A DNA stretch of 64,000 nucleotides from an uncultured Myxococcales bacterium (GTDB lineage: Bacteria > Myxococcota_A > UBA9042 > PWKZ01 > CAYRCM01). Shown here piece after piece: positions 15,650 through 24,968 of this stretch. The first letter of the stretch is position 1, and every line of letters starts with the position of its first letter. The DNA is taken from positions 7,569 through 71,568 of the forward strand of contig CAYRCM010000010.1 in NCBI GenBank assembly GCA_964422715.1. Reading direction: 5' to 3'. A model generated the notes under the pieces. The model was not told the origin of the DNA and made no database searches. It saw nothing but the letters and a program-made list of their open reading frames with translations. The position numbers and the translations under genes are program-made.

Positions 15650-17413
15650 TCAGCGGGACGGGGCCCGGCGCGACGGACGGCGCGACGAAGAACCCGGCGC
15701 GGCGGGGGGTGGACGAGGGCCGGTCGGGGGCGGGCCCCCCGTGAGGAGGGCCTTTTGCCGCCGCCGTTCGCGGGCGTCGGCGCGGTAGAGGGGGACGCCC
15801 GCTGCATCGCAGCCGGCGGCCTGGAAGGCCGCGGCGAGCGTTCCGGGCAGCGGGATGAAACTCTGGACCTGCTGCAGGCGCTGCCCGCGGCGAGCGAGCC
15901 AGCGGCCGGCGCGATCGGCGTCGGCCGGCGTGCAGCCGGGGAAGGCCGCAATGAAATACGGCACGAGATACTGCTCGCGCCCCGCCGCCCGGCTCGCCGC
16001 GAGAAAGGCCGCCTCGAAGGCCTCGAAGACCTCGATGCCGGGCTTGCGCATGAGCCGCAGCACGGCGGGCGCCACGTGTTCGGGAGCCACCTTGAGATGG
16101 CCGCCCGTGTAGTGGCGGGCGACTTCGCGAATGAAGTCGGGCGCCCGGAGCGCCCAATCGTGGCGGATGCCGCTCGCGAGCAGCACGCGCCGCACGCGCG
16201 GAAGGTGGCGCGCGGTGTCGAGCAGGTCGAGGAGCGCCCGCGGGTCGCCCTGAAGGCGCGCACACGGCTCCGGGACGAGACACGACGGACGGCGGCACCG
16301 GGCACATGCGGCCGCATCGCGGCCCTGCACCCCGTAGGCGTTGGCCGTGGGCCCGCCGACATCGCTCACGGTGCCCCGAAAGTCGGGGCGCGCCGTGAGC
16401 CGGCGAATCTCGCCGAGCACCGAATCGGGGCTGCGCGTGACGACGGCCCGGCCCTGGTGCAGGGCGAGGCCGCAGAAACTGCAGCCGCCGGGGCAGCCGC
16501 GGTGCGAGATGACGGAATGGCGCACGACCTCGAGTGCCGCGATGCGGCCGCCGGCGCTCGGGTGGGCCCGCCCGGAAAAGGGCAGCGCGTGCACGGCGTC
16601 GAGGGCGGCGGTGCTCATGACCGGCCGTGGCTCGGCGAGCACGAGCCCCTCGGCGTGGCGCTGGCGCACGCGGCCGGTAAATCCCGGGGCGGCGCTGCTT
16701 TCGAGCGTCAGGGCCGCCGCGACGAGTCCCCGCGGGTCGGCCCGCAGCGCGGCATAGTCGGGGAGTTCGAGGTCGCCGGCGGCCGGCGGGGGCGGGTTGC
16801 CGCGCACGAGCCGGACGGTGCCGGCGATGCCGTCGAGCGGCAGGCCCGCGGCGAGCCGGGCGGCGATTTCGACCACGGGTTGCTCGCCGGCGCCGTAGAC
16901 GAGCACGTCGGCGCGCGCATCGATGAGGATGGAGCGCCGCACGGTCTGCGTCTGCGGATCGAAATGGGCGAAGCGCCGCAGACTGGCCTCGATGCCGCCG
17001 AGCACGAGCGGCAAACCGGGATAGGCTTCGCGCACGCGATTGGCGTAGACGACGGTGGCGAGGTCGGGCCGCCCGCCGCCCTGGCCGTCGGGGGCGTAGG
17101 CGTCGTCGCGGCGCCGGCGCAGATCGGCTGTCCAGTTGTTGAGCAGCGAGTCGACGGCCCCGGCCGTGATGCCCGCGAAGAGCCGCGGCCGGCCGAAACG
17201 CCGGAAGTCGACAGGCGAGCGCCAGTCGGGCCGCGCGAGCAGCGCGACCCGATAGCCCGCGGCTTCGAGCACGCGCCCGATGACGGCGGCGCCGTGACTC
17301 GGGTGGTCGAAGTAGGCGTCTCCCGTGACGAGCAGCACGTCGATTTCGGACCAGCGCCGGGCAGCAAGCTCGTCGGCGGTCGCGGGTAGCCAGTCGAAGA
17401 CACGCCCAGTCAT
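15650..17413 (-). CDS. ygiQ: YgiQ-family (UPF0313) radical SAM protein
   Basis: MTGRVFDWLPATADELAARRWSEIDVLLVTGDAYFDHPSHGAAVIGRVLEAAGYRVALLARPDW is the characteristic YgiQ N-terminus. SHRGCPGGCSFC is a canonical CX3CX2C box. 587 aa with a Pro/Arg-rich tail. Confidence 0.85.
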   Translation of the reverse strand: MTGRVFDWLPATADELAARRWSEIDVLLVTGDAYFDHPSHGAAVIGRVLEAAGYRVALLARPDWRSPVDFRRFGRPRLFAGITAGAVDSLLNNWTADLRRRRDDAYAPDGQGGGRPDLATVVYANRVREAYPGLPLVLGGIEASLRRFAHFDPQTQTVRRSILIDARADVLVYGAGEQPVVEIAARLAAGLPLDGIAGTVRLVRGNPPPPAAGDLELPDYAALRADPRGLVAAALTLESSAAPGFTGRVRQRHAEGLVLAEPRPVMSTAALDAVHALPFSGRAHPSAGGRIAALEVVRHSVISHRGCPGGCSFCGLALHQGRAVVTRSPDSVLGEIRRLTARPDFRGTVSDVGGPTANAYGVQGRDAAACARCRRPSCLVPEPCARLQGDPRALLDLLDTARHLPRVRRVLLASGIRHDWALRAPDFIREVARHYTGGHLKVAPEHVAPAVLRLMRKPGIEVFEAFEAAFLAASRAAGREQYLVPYFIAAFPGCTPADADRAGRWLARRGQRLQQVQSFIPLPGTLAAAFQAAGCDAAGVPLYRADARERRRQKALLTGGPPPTGPRPPPAAPGSSSRRPSRRAPSR

Positions 17414-17530
17414 GCGGGGAGCCTACGGCGGGGTGGGCCGGATGTCACGCGCGACGCGACCCCAGTTGCGCACCCGCGACCCGGTGCGCGCGCGGGGAGG
17501 CGGGCTCCGGTGCACCGCGGAACGCCGACC

Positions 17531-17602
17531 TGGGCGGAGGCGTGGCCGGACCACGTCGAGCACCGAATGGGCGCAGCCGACAACGCCATGGGGCCCGGAT
17601 CC
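17531..17602 (-). repeat. intergenic repeat element, copy B (85% identical over 72 nt to copy at 21239..21310, inverted orientation)
   Basis: The reverse complement ggatccgggccccatggcgttgtcggctgcgcccattcggtgctcgacgtggtccggccacgcctccgccca aligns 61/72 with copy A. It lies 120-190 nt upstream of the ygiQ ATG (17413) on the same strand as ygiQ. Confidence 0.6.
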
Positions 17603-17705
17603 GGTCGCGAGACGGGAGTGGGTGGGGAACGGTGGGCGACCGTGCGCCTTGCCGCAGCTGCCCCGTTTCTGCACAATCTGCCCCGGCAACCGACGGAGGC
17701 CCCCC

Positions 17706-20465
17706 ATGGCAAAGCAACCGAAAGCGACGACCCCCAAGCCAACCGCCACCCGGCCGCGCGCTTCCGCGGACGTGCCCGAAGTGGCCGGGCTGGCCGTCGG
17801 CGAGGTCGCACCGGAGCGCTTCGACGAATGGGTCGACCTCGACCTCGACGGGCTGCAGGCCGTCGCCGAGCAGGCGCTCGCCGAATACGACTACGAGCGC
17901 GCACTGCACGCGCTGCGCCTCGGCGTGCGGCGCAGTCGGGGCACCGGCAGCGCGCTCGGGGCGCTCGGGGCCTTCCTCGTGGAGACCTACGCCGCCTACG
18001 ACGAGGCCATCGCGCTGCTCACGTCGCCGCTCGTCAACGTCGAGCGCGAGCCTGCGCTCCGCTGGCTCCTGGCGCAGGCGCTGTTCCACGGCGGGCGCCA
18101 GGCCGAGGCCGAGCCCCACCTCGCCGCGGTCACGCGCCCGGGGGCCGAACCCCGGCGCTGGGCCATGCTCGCGGCCGCGCGCGAAGCCCTCGGCAACCTG
18201 GCGGGGGCCGTCGAGGCCTATGCCGAAGCCGAACGGCTCGCTCCGACCGACCGCGAGGTGCGCGAGCGGCGCCAGGCGGCCGCGGCGCGACTGCTGCAGG
18301 ACAGTGCGGCCCCGCTCGCCGAGGCCCGCGCCGCGCTGACGGCGGGCGAGCTGCTGCGCGCCCGCGACATCGTCGACGGACTGCGCCCGCGGCTGGCCGC
18401 AGAGCGCGAGTTCCTGCGGCTGCAAGGCGAACTCGAAACGGCCGAACTGGCTGCCCGGGCCGAACGCGCACGCCAAGCGGCGACGGTGGCCGAAGCCGAG
18501 GGCCGCGCCGAAGCCGCGCTCGACGAGGCGCGCGAATGGCTGCGCCTCGCCCCGAGCGACGAGGCGGCGCGCACGGCCGTGCAGCGGCTCGAAACGCTCA
18601 TCGCCACGACGCGCGTGCAGGACCTGCTCGAGCGCGGCGCTGCGGCGTTCGTTGCGGGAGACCGGGGCGAGGCGGTCGCGCTGTTCTACCGCGCGCAGAC
18701 GCTGCCCGGGGGGGCCGCGGTGCCGGCCGAATTGCCCGGGCGCGCGCTCTTCGATGCGGTGGCCGAATTCGTGGCCGAGGTCGGGCCGCGGCAGATCGAA
18801 CGCGCCCGCGAGGGGCTGCCGCTGCTGCTCGATGGCGAGGCGCTCCTCTCGGGGAATGGCGACCCGACCGGCGCCGAAGACCTGTGCCGACGCGCGCTGC
18901 CCCTGCTCAAGGGCTTTCGGCGGGCCGATGCGCTGCAGGAAGCCCTGCTCGCGCGCCGGCTTGCGGCGGAACGCGAACGCGCGCGGCCGCTCTACGACGA
19001 GGCCCGTGCCGCCGAGGCGCAGGGCGACCGGATTGGGGCCGCCGAGGGCTACCGGCGGGCGCTCGCCGTGGCCGGGGGCGCGTTTGCCGACGCCGCCGAC
19101 CGGCTCGCGGCCATCGAGCGCGACAACGAGCGCGACGCCGAGCGCAGCCGGGCGCTCATCGAACTCGACGACCTGAGCGCCGCCGACCGCCCCTTCGCGG
19201 TCCTGCGCACGGCCGAAGCGCTCCCGCCGGGACTCCAGGCCGACCCCGACGTTCAGGCACTCCGCGTGCGGGCCACCGAGGCCATCCGCAGCCGCTTCTC
19301 TGTGCAACACCTGCCGCCGTTGCCGGGCCCCGGGGCCGCGGGTGGCCCCGACGCCTACTGCGGTCTCAACTCGCGCGACGCCGGACTGCCCAAGGTCGAT
19401 CACGGGCGGCTGCGCACGCTCTCGACGCCCACCGGGGCATCGCTGTTCCTCGTCAACGGCGACGATTTTGTGGCCATCGACACGGCCGCGCTCGCCGTTC
19501 GCGTCGTGGCGCGGGTGCCCGCGGAAGTCACGCTCGGGCGCCCCGAAGACACGCTGCTCGTCGCCGAAGCCGACGACGGAGCCGTGCGCTTCGTGCTGGT
19601 GCAGACCGCGGAACAGGCGCTCTACGTCCTCGATTTCGTGGGCAATCGGCTGACCGTGCGCGACCGCCTGAGCCTGCGCGGGCTGCTGCCCGGCGCGCCG
19701 CAAAACGGGGTGCGTCAGTATCGCCTGCACGGGGCGAGCGGCCGGCTCATCGTGCTCGAAGCGGGGCGCGGCTGCGCCGGGCCGAGCCAGTGGTACAGCG
19801 TTGACCTCGACGAGGCGCGCGTGGCCAACCGCGCGGAATTCTCCTTCGGTCTCAACCATTTGCAGAATTTCCCCGGCACACCCTGGCTCAGCGCCAACCG
19901 GGTGCTCGACTGCCACCCGCTGAGCCCCGGCTACTTCGCCTTCGCGCTGTTCGACGCGAAGGGGCGCATCCAGCGCCGCGTGGCGTTCGGGCCCCAGGAC
20001 CTCGAAGAAGTCATGGAAGGCATCCGCAGCCTCTCCTTCAGCGCCCGGCTCGGCCGCACGTTCGTGCTGTTCCGGTACTACCACCCGCTCACGGGCGAGG
20101 TGGCGCAGACGGCGCCGGCCATGCTGGTGCTGAAAGACGACTTCTCGGTGTTCTACAGCAACGCCAACCCGGCCACGCTGCTGGCACACGGCCACCAGGC
20201 GCTTGGCTGGCTGCGCGTCCAGGAGGACGAGACGGGCGCGCGCGTCGTCCTGCCGCACCGCACGAGCGAAGGCGAGATCGGGCTGACGGTGCTCGACGCG
20301 AGCGATCTGCGCCGCCAGTTCGAAGTGGCCCTACCGCTCGGCGAAAGCCTGCAAGCGCTGCACAGCACGCGCAGCGGCCGCGACCTGGTGGTGCTCACCC
20401 TCGAGCCCGAGGGGCACTTCCACATCCGGCGCCTGGACATGCAAAACCGGGCCCTCGGGATCTGA
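17706..20465 (+). CDS. hypothetical protein with N-terminal TPR/alpha-solenoid-like region and a C-terminal domain of unknown function
   Basis: ATG 17706 with GGAGG 8 nt upstream (cgacggaggcccccATG). Begins MAKQPKATTPKPTATRP. The ~450 aa N-terminal half is Ala/Leu/Arg-rich helical repeats (EAEPHLAAVTRPGAEPRRWAMLAAAREALGNLAGAVEAYAEAERLAP). The C-terminal ~350 aa has normal composition (FVLVQTAEQALYVLDFVGNRLTV...FVLFRYYHPLTGEVAQ). No signal peptide. Confidence 0.55.
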   Translation: MAKQPKATTPKPTATRPRASADVPEVAGLAVGEVAPERFDEWVDLDLDGLQAVAEQALAEYDYERALHALRLGVRRSRGTGSALGALGAFLVETYAAYDEAIALLTSPLVNVEREPALRWLLAQALFHGGRQAEAEPHLAAVTRPGAEPRRWAMLAAAREALGNLAGAVEAYAEAERLAPTDREVRERRQAAAARLLQDSAAPLAEARAALTAGELLRARDIVDGLRPRLAAEREFLRLQGELETAELAARAERARQAATVAEAEGRAEAALDEAREWLRLAPSDEAARTAVQRLETLIATTRVQDLLERGAAAFVAGDRGEAVALFYRAQTLPGGAAVPAELPGRALFDAVAEFVAEVGPRQIERAREGLPLLLDGEALLSGNGDPTGAEDLCRRALPLLKGFRRADALQEALLARRLAAERERARPLYDEARAAEAQGDRIGAAEGYRRALAVAGGAFADAADRLAAIERDNERDAERSRALIELDDLSAADRPFAVLRTAEALPPGLQADPDVQALRVRATEAIRSRFSVQHLPPLPGPGAAGGPDAYCGLNSRDAGLPKVDHGRLRTLSTPTGASLFLVNGDDFVAIDTAALAVRVVARVPAEVTLGRPEDTLLVAEADDGAVRFVLVQTAEQALYVLDFVGNRLTVRDRLSLRGLLPGAPQNGVRQYRLHGASGRLIVLEAGRGCAGPSQWYSVDLDEARVANRAEFSFGLNHLQNFPGTPWLSANRVLDCHPLSPGYFAFALFDAKGRIQRRVAFGPQDLEEVMEGIRSLSFSARLGRTFVLFRYYHPLTGEVAQTAPAMLVLKDDFSVFYSNANPATLLAHGHQALGWLRVQEDETGARVVLPHRTSEGEIGLTVLDASDLRRQFEVALPLGESLQALHSTRSGRDLVVLTLEPEGHFHIRRLDMQNRALGI

Positions 20466-20497
20466 AGCGGGCGGGCACGCCGCCGTGCGAGAAGCCC

Positions 20498-21121
20498 CTA
20501 CAGATGGCGTTCGATGGTGTGGAGCAGGTCGAGCCGCCCTTCGAGGTCGGTCAGGTAGTCGAGCCGGTCGGTCTCGACGACCGCCGTGGGCCCGAGTTCG
20601 TAGGCCGAAAACCAATCTTCGTACTGGCGGTTGAGGCGCTGGATGTAGCGCAGCGGAATGGCCTGTTCCTCGGGACGGCCGCGCATGCGGATGCGCTGGC
20701 GGATGGTGCGCACGTTGCAGCGCAGGTAGAGCAGCAGGTCGGGCGGTCGCAGCGCGCCGATGAGCGAACGGTAGAGGGCTTCGTAGGTTTCGTAGTCGCG
20801 GCCCACCATCTTGCGCTGGAGGAAGAGGTTTCGCGCAAAGATCTCGGCGTCTTCGTAGATGGTGCGGTCGAGCACTGCCGTGCCGCTGCCCTGCGCGGCA
20901 TTCTGGTGGATGCGGAACCGGTGCGTCAGGAAGAACACCTGCGAGTGAAACGCCCAGCGCTGCATATCCGAATAGAAATCCTTTAGATACGGATTCTGTT
21001 CGTTGGGCTCGAAGAACGGCTCGACCCCGTAGCGCGTACACAGGAACGAGACCAGCGACGACTTGCCACTGCCAATGTTGCCGGCGACCGCGATGACGCG
21101 GCGCGAAGGGCTGGTGGACAT
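20498..21121 (-). CDS. deoxynucleoside kinase (dAK/dGK/dCK family)
   Basis: MSTSPSRRVIAVAGNIGSGKSSLVSFLCTRYGVEPFFEP (P-loop), with ..YLRC.. and DRLDY motifs of the deoxynucleoside kinase fold. GGGAGG RBS before ATG 21121. 207 aa. Confidence 0.8.
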   Translation of the reverse strand: MSTSPSRRVIAVAGNIGSGKSSLVSFLCTRYGVEPFFEPNEQNPYLKDFYSDMQRWAFHSQVFFLTHRFRIHQNAAQGSGTAVLDRTIYEDAEIFARNLFLQRKMVGRDYETYEALYRSLIGALRPPDLLLYLRCNVRTIRQRIRMRGRPEEQAIPLRYIQRLNRQYEDWFSAYELGPTAVVETDRLDYLTDLEGRLDLLHTIERHL

Positions 21122-21238
21122 CGGAGCCTCCCGGGGCGCGCCGTCTGCCGGGCGCGGGTCGCGTGATGATAGCGGGCTTTGGCGGGCGACGAAACCGGCC
21201 CCGGTCGCCAATTCCTCGCCTGCTCCGGTTTCACGAAT

Positions 21239-21310
21239 GGATCCGGGCCCAATGGCGGTGTCGGCCGCACCGATTGGGTGCGCGACGTGGCGCGACCACG
21301 CCTTCGCCCA
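21239..21310 (+). repeat. intergenic repeat element, copy A
   Basis: ggatccgggcccaatggcggtgtcggccgcaccgattgggtgcgcgacgtggcgcgaccacgccttcgccca lies in the dNK/dprA divergent spacer, 160-230 nt upstream of the dprA ATG on the dprA strand. It contains the hairpin gcacc-gattg-ggtgc. The matching position in copy B changes A to G while keeping pairing as a G-U wobble. Confidence 0.6.
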
Positions 21311-21470
21311 AATGGCCCTGCCTGCTTGCCCTTGGGCCGGCCTCCACCCGCTCGGACCTCGTCGCAGTTGGGGAATTGGGCCCGGTCATGCGCCTTGACG
21401 GGCTGGCGACCGGCGACTATAGCTGCGGACCCTGAACGGCAGGCCCTCAGTCTCGGCCAGGCGGTTTTTC

Positions 21471-22730
21471 ATGAGTGAGGTCGGCACGGACAGAACGGGA
21501 GAGCGACGCGCACGGGCGCTGCTGCTCTTCGCCGCCGGGGGGGCGCCCGGGCCGCTGAGGGCGCTCGTCGACACCTGCGGGTCGGCCACCGCGGCGCTGA
21601 CGCTGCTCGACGCCGGTATTGCACCGTGGGGACCCGACGCGCGGCGCGGGCCCGACCTGACGCGGCTCTCGGCCCGACTCCGCGACGCCGCCACGCGCGC
21701 GGCGCTCGAACGCCAGGCCACCGGCGACGACGAGGCCGGCGCGCTCAGCATGCCGGGCGATCCCCACTACCCGGCGCTGCTCGCCGCGCTCGCCGACGCG
21801 CCGGTGCTGCTGCTCGGTCGCGGCGCCTTCGAGCATCCGGAGCCGGCGCTCGCCATCGTCGGCACCCGCGAACCCGACGCCTACGGCGCTGCATGGGCCA
21901 CCCAACTCGCGCGGGCGGCCGTGCAGGCCGGCTTCCAGGTCGTGAGCGGAGGGGCGCGCGGCGTCGACACGCTCGTCCACACGGCGGCGCTCGAAGCCGG
22001 CGGCCGCACCGTCGTCGTGCTCGGCAGCGGCCTCGACCGCCCCTACCCGGCTCAAAACGAGGCGCTCTTCGCCGACGTCGTGCGCCGCGGCGGGCTGCTC
22101 CTGACCGAGTATGGCCCCGCGCTCGGGCCCCAGGCGCGCCATTTCCCGGAGCGCAACCGCATCGTGGCGGGGCTCGGGCTCGCCACGCTCGTCGTGCAGG
22201 CCCCCGAGAAGAGCGGGGCGCTCATCACGGCCGCTCGGGCCGCGGCCGCGGGCCGGGTCGTGCTGGCCGTGCCGGCCGACATCGGGTACACGCTCAGCGC
22301 CGGCACCAACGTGCTGCTCTGCGGCGGTGCGTGGCCCGTGCTCGGGGTCGAGCATCTTGCGATGTGCCTTGCCAGCGTGCGCGCCGCGGGCACCACGGGC
22401 GAGGCGCCGCGCTGCCCGCCGGGGCGGGTGGGCGAAACGCTCGGCCCCCGCCCCGCCGACGCGGGGCCGGCGCCCTCCGCGGGGTGCACGGGCACCGCCC
22501 GAGCGCGGCCCCCATCGGCCGTGCCCGCGGGCCCGCCGCCTCCCCCGGCCGACGATGCCGAGCGGCGCATCCTCGAATCTCTCGGCGCCGGCCCGGCCGA
22601 CGCCGACACCCTCGTCGAACGAAGCGGGCTTGGCCCCGCCGAAGTGGGTCGCGCGCTCGTGCGCCTCGAACTTCATGACCGGATTCGGCCCCGGCGAGAT
22701 GGCCGCTACGAGACAACGGAGTACCGCTAG
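21471..22730 (+). CDS. dprA: DNA-processing protein DprA (Smf)
   Basis: ALAIVGTREPDAYGAAWATQLARAAVQAGFQVVSGGARGVDTLVHTAALEAGGRTVVVLGSGLDRPYPAQNEALF...GLLLTEYGP...HFPERNRIVAGL is the DprA Rossmann core. It sits immediately upstream of topA (1 nt gap). Confidence 0.85.
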   Translation: MSEVGTDRTGERRARALLLFAAGGAPGPLRALVDTCGSATAALTLLDAGIAPWGPDARRGPDLTRLSARLRDAATRAALERQATGDDEAGALSMPGDPHYPALLAALADAPVLLLGRGAFEHPEPALAIVGTREPDAYGAAWATQLARAAVQAGFQVVSGGARGVDTLVHTAALEAGGRTVVVLGSGLDRPYPAQNEALFADVVRRGGLLLTEYGPALGPQARHFPERNRIVAGLGLATLVVQAPEKSGALITAARAAAAGRVVLAVPADIGYTLSAGTNVLLCGGAWPVLGVEHLAMCLASVRAAGTTGEAPRCPPGRVGETLGPRPADAGPAPSAGCTGTARARPPSAVPAGPPPPPADDAERRILESLGAGPADADTLVERSGLGPAEVGRALVRLELHDRIRPRRDGRYETTEYR

Positions 22731-24968
22731 ATGCCGAAGGGGCTCATCATCGTCGAGTCGCCGACCAAGGCGCGCACCATCCAGAAGTACGTCGGCCGCG
22801 AGTACGAGGTCGAGGCCACGGTCGGGCACATCGTCGACCTGCCGAAGTCCACGCTCGGGGTCGACGTCGAGAACGACTTCGCGCCCGACTACCAACTCAT
22901 TCGCGGCAAGCGCAAGGTCGTGCAGCAACTGCGCAAGGTGGGCCGCGAGGCCGACATCGTGTACCTCGCGCCCGACCCCGACCGCGAAGGCGAAGCCATC
23001 GCCTGGCACGTGGCGCAGCAACTCGAAGGCGCGAGCGGGGCCGTGCGTCGGGTGCTGTTCCATGAAATCACGAAGAAAGCCATCCTGGAGGCGCTCGCGC
23101 ACCCGCTCGAACTGAACGCCGCCAAGTACGAATCGCAGCAGGCGCGCCGCATCCTCGACCGGCTCGTCGGCTACGAAATCAGTCCGCTTCTCTGGGAGAA
23201 GGTGCGCCGCGGGCTCTCTGCCGGTCGCGTGCAGAGCGTTGCCGTGCGCCTGGTCGTCGAGCGCGAACGCGAGGTCCGGGCCTTCGTCCCCGAGGAATAC
23301 TGGGTCGTCCAGGCCGAACTCGGGGCCGCCGAGCCGCCGCCCTTCGTTGCGCGCCTCAACACGGTCGAAGGCCGCAAGGCCAAGGTCGGCGACGGCGCCA
23401 CGGCCGCCGAACTCGTCGCGCAGATCCGGGCGGGCCGTTTCGTCGTACGCGAGGTCAAGGCCACCGAGCGGCCGCGTCCGGCCCCCGCCCCCTTCATCAC
23501 GAGCCGGCTGCAGCAAGACGCGGCGCGCCAGTACCGCTTCCCGGCCCGCCGCACGATGCAGATCGCCCAGTCGCTCTACGAAGGCGTGCCGCTTGGCAAA
23601 GAAGGCCAGGTGGGCCTCATCACCTACATGCGCACCGACTCTACGCGGCTCTCCGACGAAGCCGTGCAGGCCGCGCGCCTGTACATCCGCGAGCGCTACG
23701 GCGAAAACTACCTCTCGCGGCAACCGCGCACGTTCCCGAACCAGAAACGCGCCCAAGACGCGCACGAAGCCATCCGCCCAACGTCGCTCGCCTACCCGCC
23801 CGATGTCGTCAAGCCGCACCTCAAGCCCGACCAGTACCGGCTCTACACGCTCATCTGGAACCGCTTCATCGCGTGCCAGATGGCGGCCGCCGTCTACCAC
23901 CAGACGGTCGTCGACATCGACGCCGCCGAACGCTTCGGCTTCCGCGCCCAGGGCTCGGTGCTCGTGTTCCCCGGCTACACGCTGGTCTACACCGAGGGGC
24001 GCGAGGCCAGCGCCGCCGACGAACGCGATCGGCCGCTGCCGCCGCTCAAAGAGGGCGATGTCCTTGAACTGCGCAACCTCACGCACGAACAGCAGTTCAC
24101 CCAGCCGCCGCCGCGCTACTCCGAAGCCATGCTGCTGCGCGAGCTCGAAGAACAGGGCATCGGCCGGCCGTCCACCTACGCGCAGATTCTCTCGACCATC
24201 CTCGACAAGGGCTACGTCGTGCGTCAGGAAGGGCGCTTCGCGCCCACCGAGCTCGGCACGATCGTGACCGATCTGCTGGTCGAGTCGTTCCCCGACATCC
24301 TCAACGTCAAGTTCACGGCACAGCTCGAAGACGAACTCGACCGCGTCGAAGAGGGCAGTCTGGCCTGGCTCGACGTGCTGCGCCGCTTCTATGGGCCGTT
24401 CCGCGAGACGCTGCAGAGTGCGCGCGAGCACATGCGCGACGTCAAGCGCCAAGAAATCCCCACGAACGTGCCCTGCGAGCGCTGCGGCCGGCTCATGGTC
24501 ATCCGGTTTGGCAAGAGCGGCAGTTTCCTCGGCTGCCCCGGCTACCCCGAGTGCCGCACCACGCGCGACTACGACCAGGGCCCGAACGGCGAAATCATCC
24601 CGCGCCAGTTGCCGACCAGCAGCGAGCCCTGCCCCGTCTGCGGCGGGGCCATGCAGATTCGCAACGGGCGCTTCGGCCGGTTCCTCGCCTGCGCGCGCTA
24701 TCCCGAATGCAGCGGCACGCGGCCCTACTCGACCGGTGTGACGTGCCCCGAGCCCCAGTGCAGCGGCAAGCTCGTCGAGAAGAAATCCAAGAAGGGCAAG
24801 ACGTTCTGGAGCTGCAGCCGCTACCCCGAATGCAAATTCGCCACCTGGGACCGCCCCATCGACCGGGCCTGTCCGACGTGCGGCGCGCCGCGGCTGTTCG
24901 AGCGCACCCGCCGGCGCCGCACCGAGGTGCACTGTCCGGTCTGTCAGCACACCGAGGCCGCGGGGTGA
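22731..24968 (+). CDS. topA: DNA topoisomerase I with C-terminal zinc-ribbon repeats
   Basis: MPKGLIIVESPTKARTIQKYVGREYEVEATVGHIVDLPKS (TOPRIM), GLITYMRTDSTRLS (active-site Tyr region), and four C4 zinc ribbons (CERCGRLMV..CPGYPEC, CPVCGGAM..CARYPEC, CPEPQCSGKL..CSRYPEC, CPTCGAPR..CPVC). Confidence 0.95.
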   Translation: MPKGLIIVESPTKARTIQKYVGREYEVEATVGHIVDLPKSTLGVDVENDFAPDYQLIRGKRKVVQQLRKVGREADIVYLAPDPDREGEAIAWHVAQQLEGASGAVRRVLFHEITKKAILEALAHPLELNAAKYESQQARRILDRLVGYEISPLLWEKVRRGLSAGRVQSVAVRLVVEREREVRAFVPEEYWVVQAELGAAEPPPFVARLNTVEGRKAKVGDGATAAELVAQIRAGRFVVREVKATERPRPAPAPFITSRLQQDAARQYRFPARRTMQIAQSLYEGVPLGKEGQVGLITYMRTDSTRLSDEAVQAARLYIRERYGENYLSRQPRTFPNQKRAQDAHEAIRPTSLAYPPDVVKPHLKPDQYRLYTLIWNRFIACQMAAAVYHQTVVDIDAAERFGFRAQGSVLVFPGYTLVYTEGREASAADERDRPLPPLKEGDVLELRNLTHEQQFTQPPPRYSEAMLLRELEEQGIGRPSTYAQILSTILDKGYVVRQEGRFAPTELGTIVTDLLVESFPDILNVKFTAQLEDELDRVEEGSLAWLDVLRRFYGPFRETLQSAREHMRDVKRQEIPTNVPCERCGRLMVIRFGKSGSFLGCPGYPECRTTRDYDQGPNGEIIPRQLPTSSEPCPVCGGAMQIRNGRFGRFLACARYPECSGTRPYSTGVTCPEPQCSGKLVEKKSKKGKTFWSCSRYPECKFATWDRPIDRACPTCGAPRLFERTRRRRTEVHCPVCQHTEAAG

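Noticed and set aside
17410-17904. 164-aa minus ORF ending in ATGA overlap with ygiQ
   Set aside because: Overall R/P-rich and overlapping the TPR-protein gene start on the other strand. Only the last ~60 codons are discussed as a speculative leader peptide in findings.
17445-20258. 937-aa minus-strand ORF opposite the TPR-like protein gene
   Set aside because: Composition (Arg/Gly/Ala/Glu runs) typical of antisense ghost. The plus-strand frame has an RBS and an ordinary C-terminal domain.
21447-24950. 1167-aa minus-strand ORF antisense to dprA and topA
   Set aside because: topA and dprA motifs are unambiguous on the plus strand. The antisense translation is low complexity.
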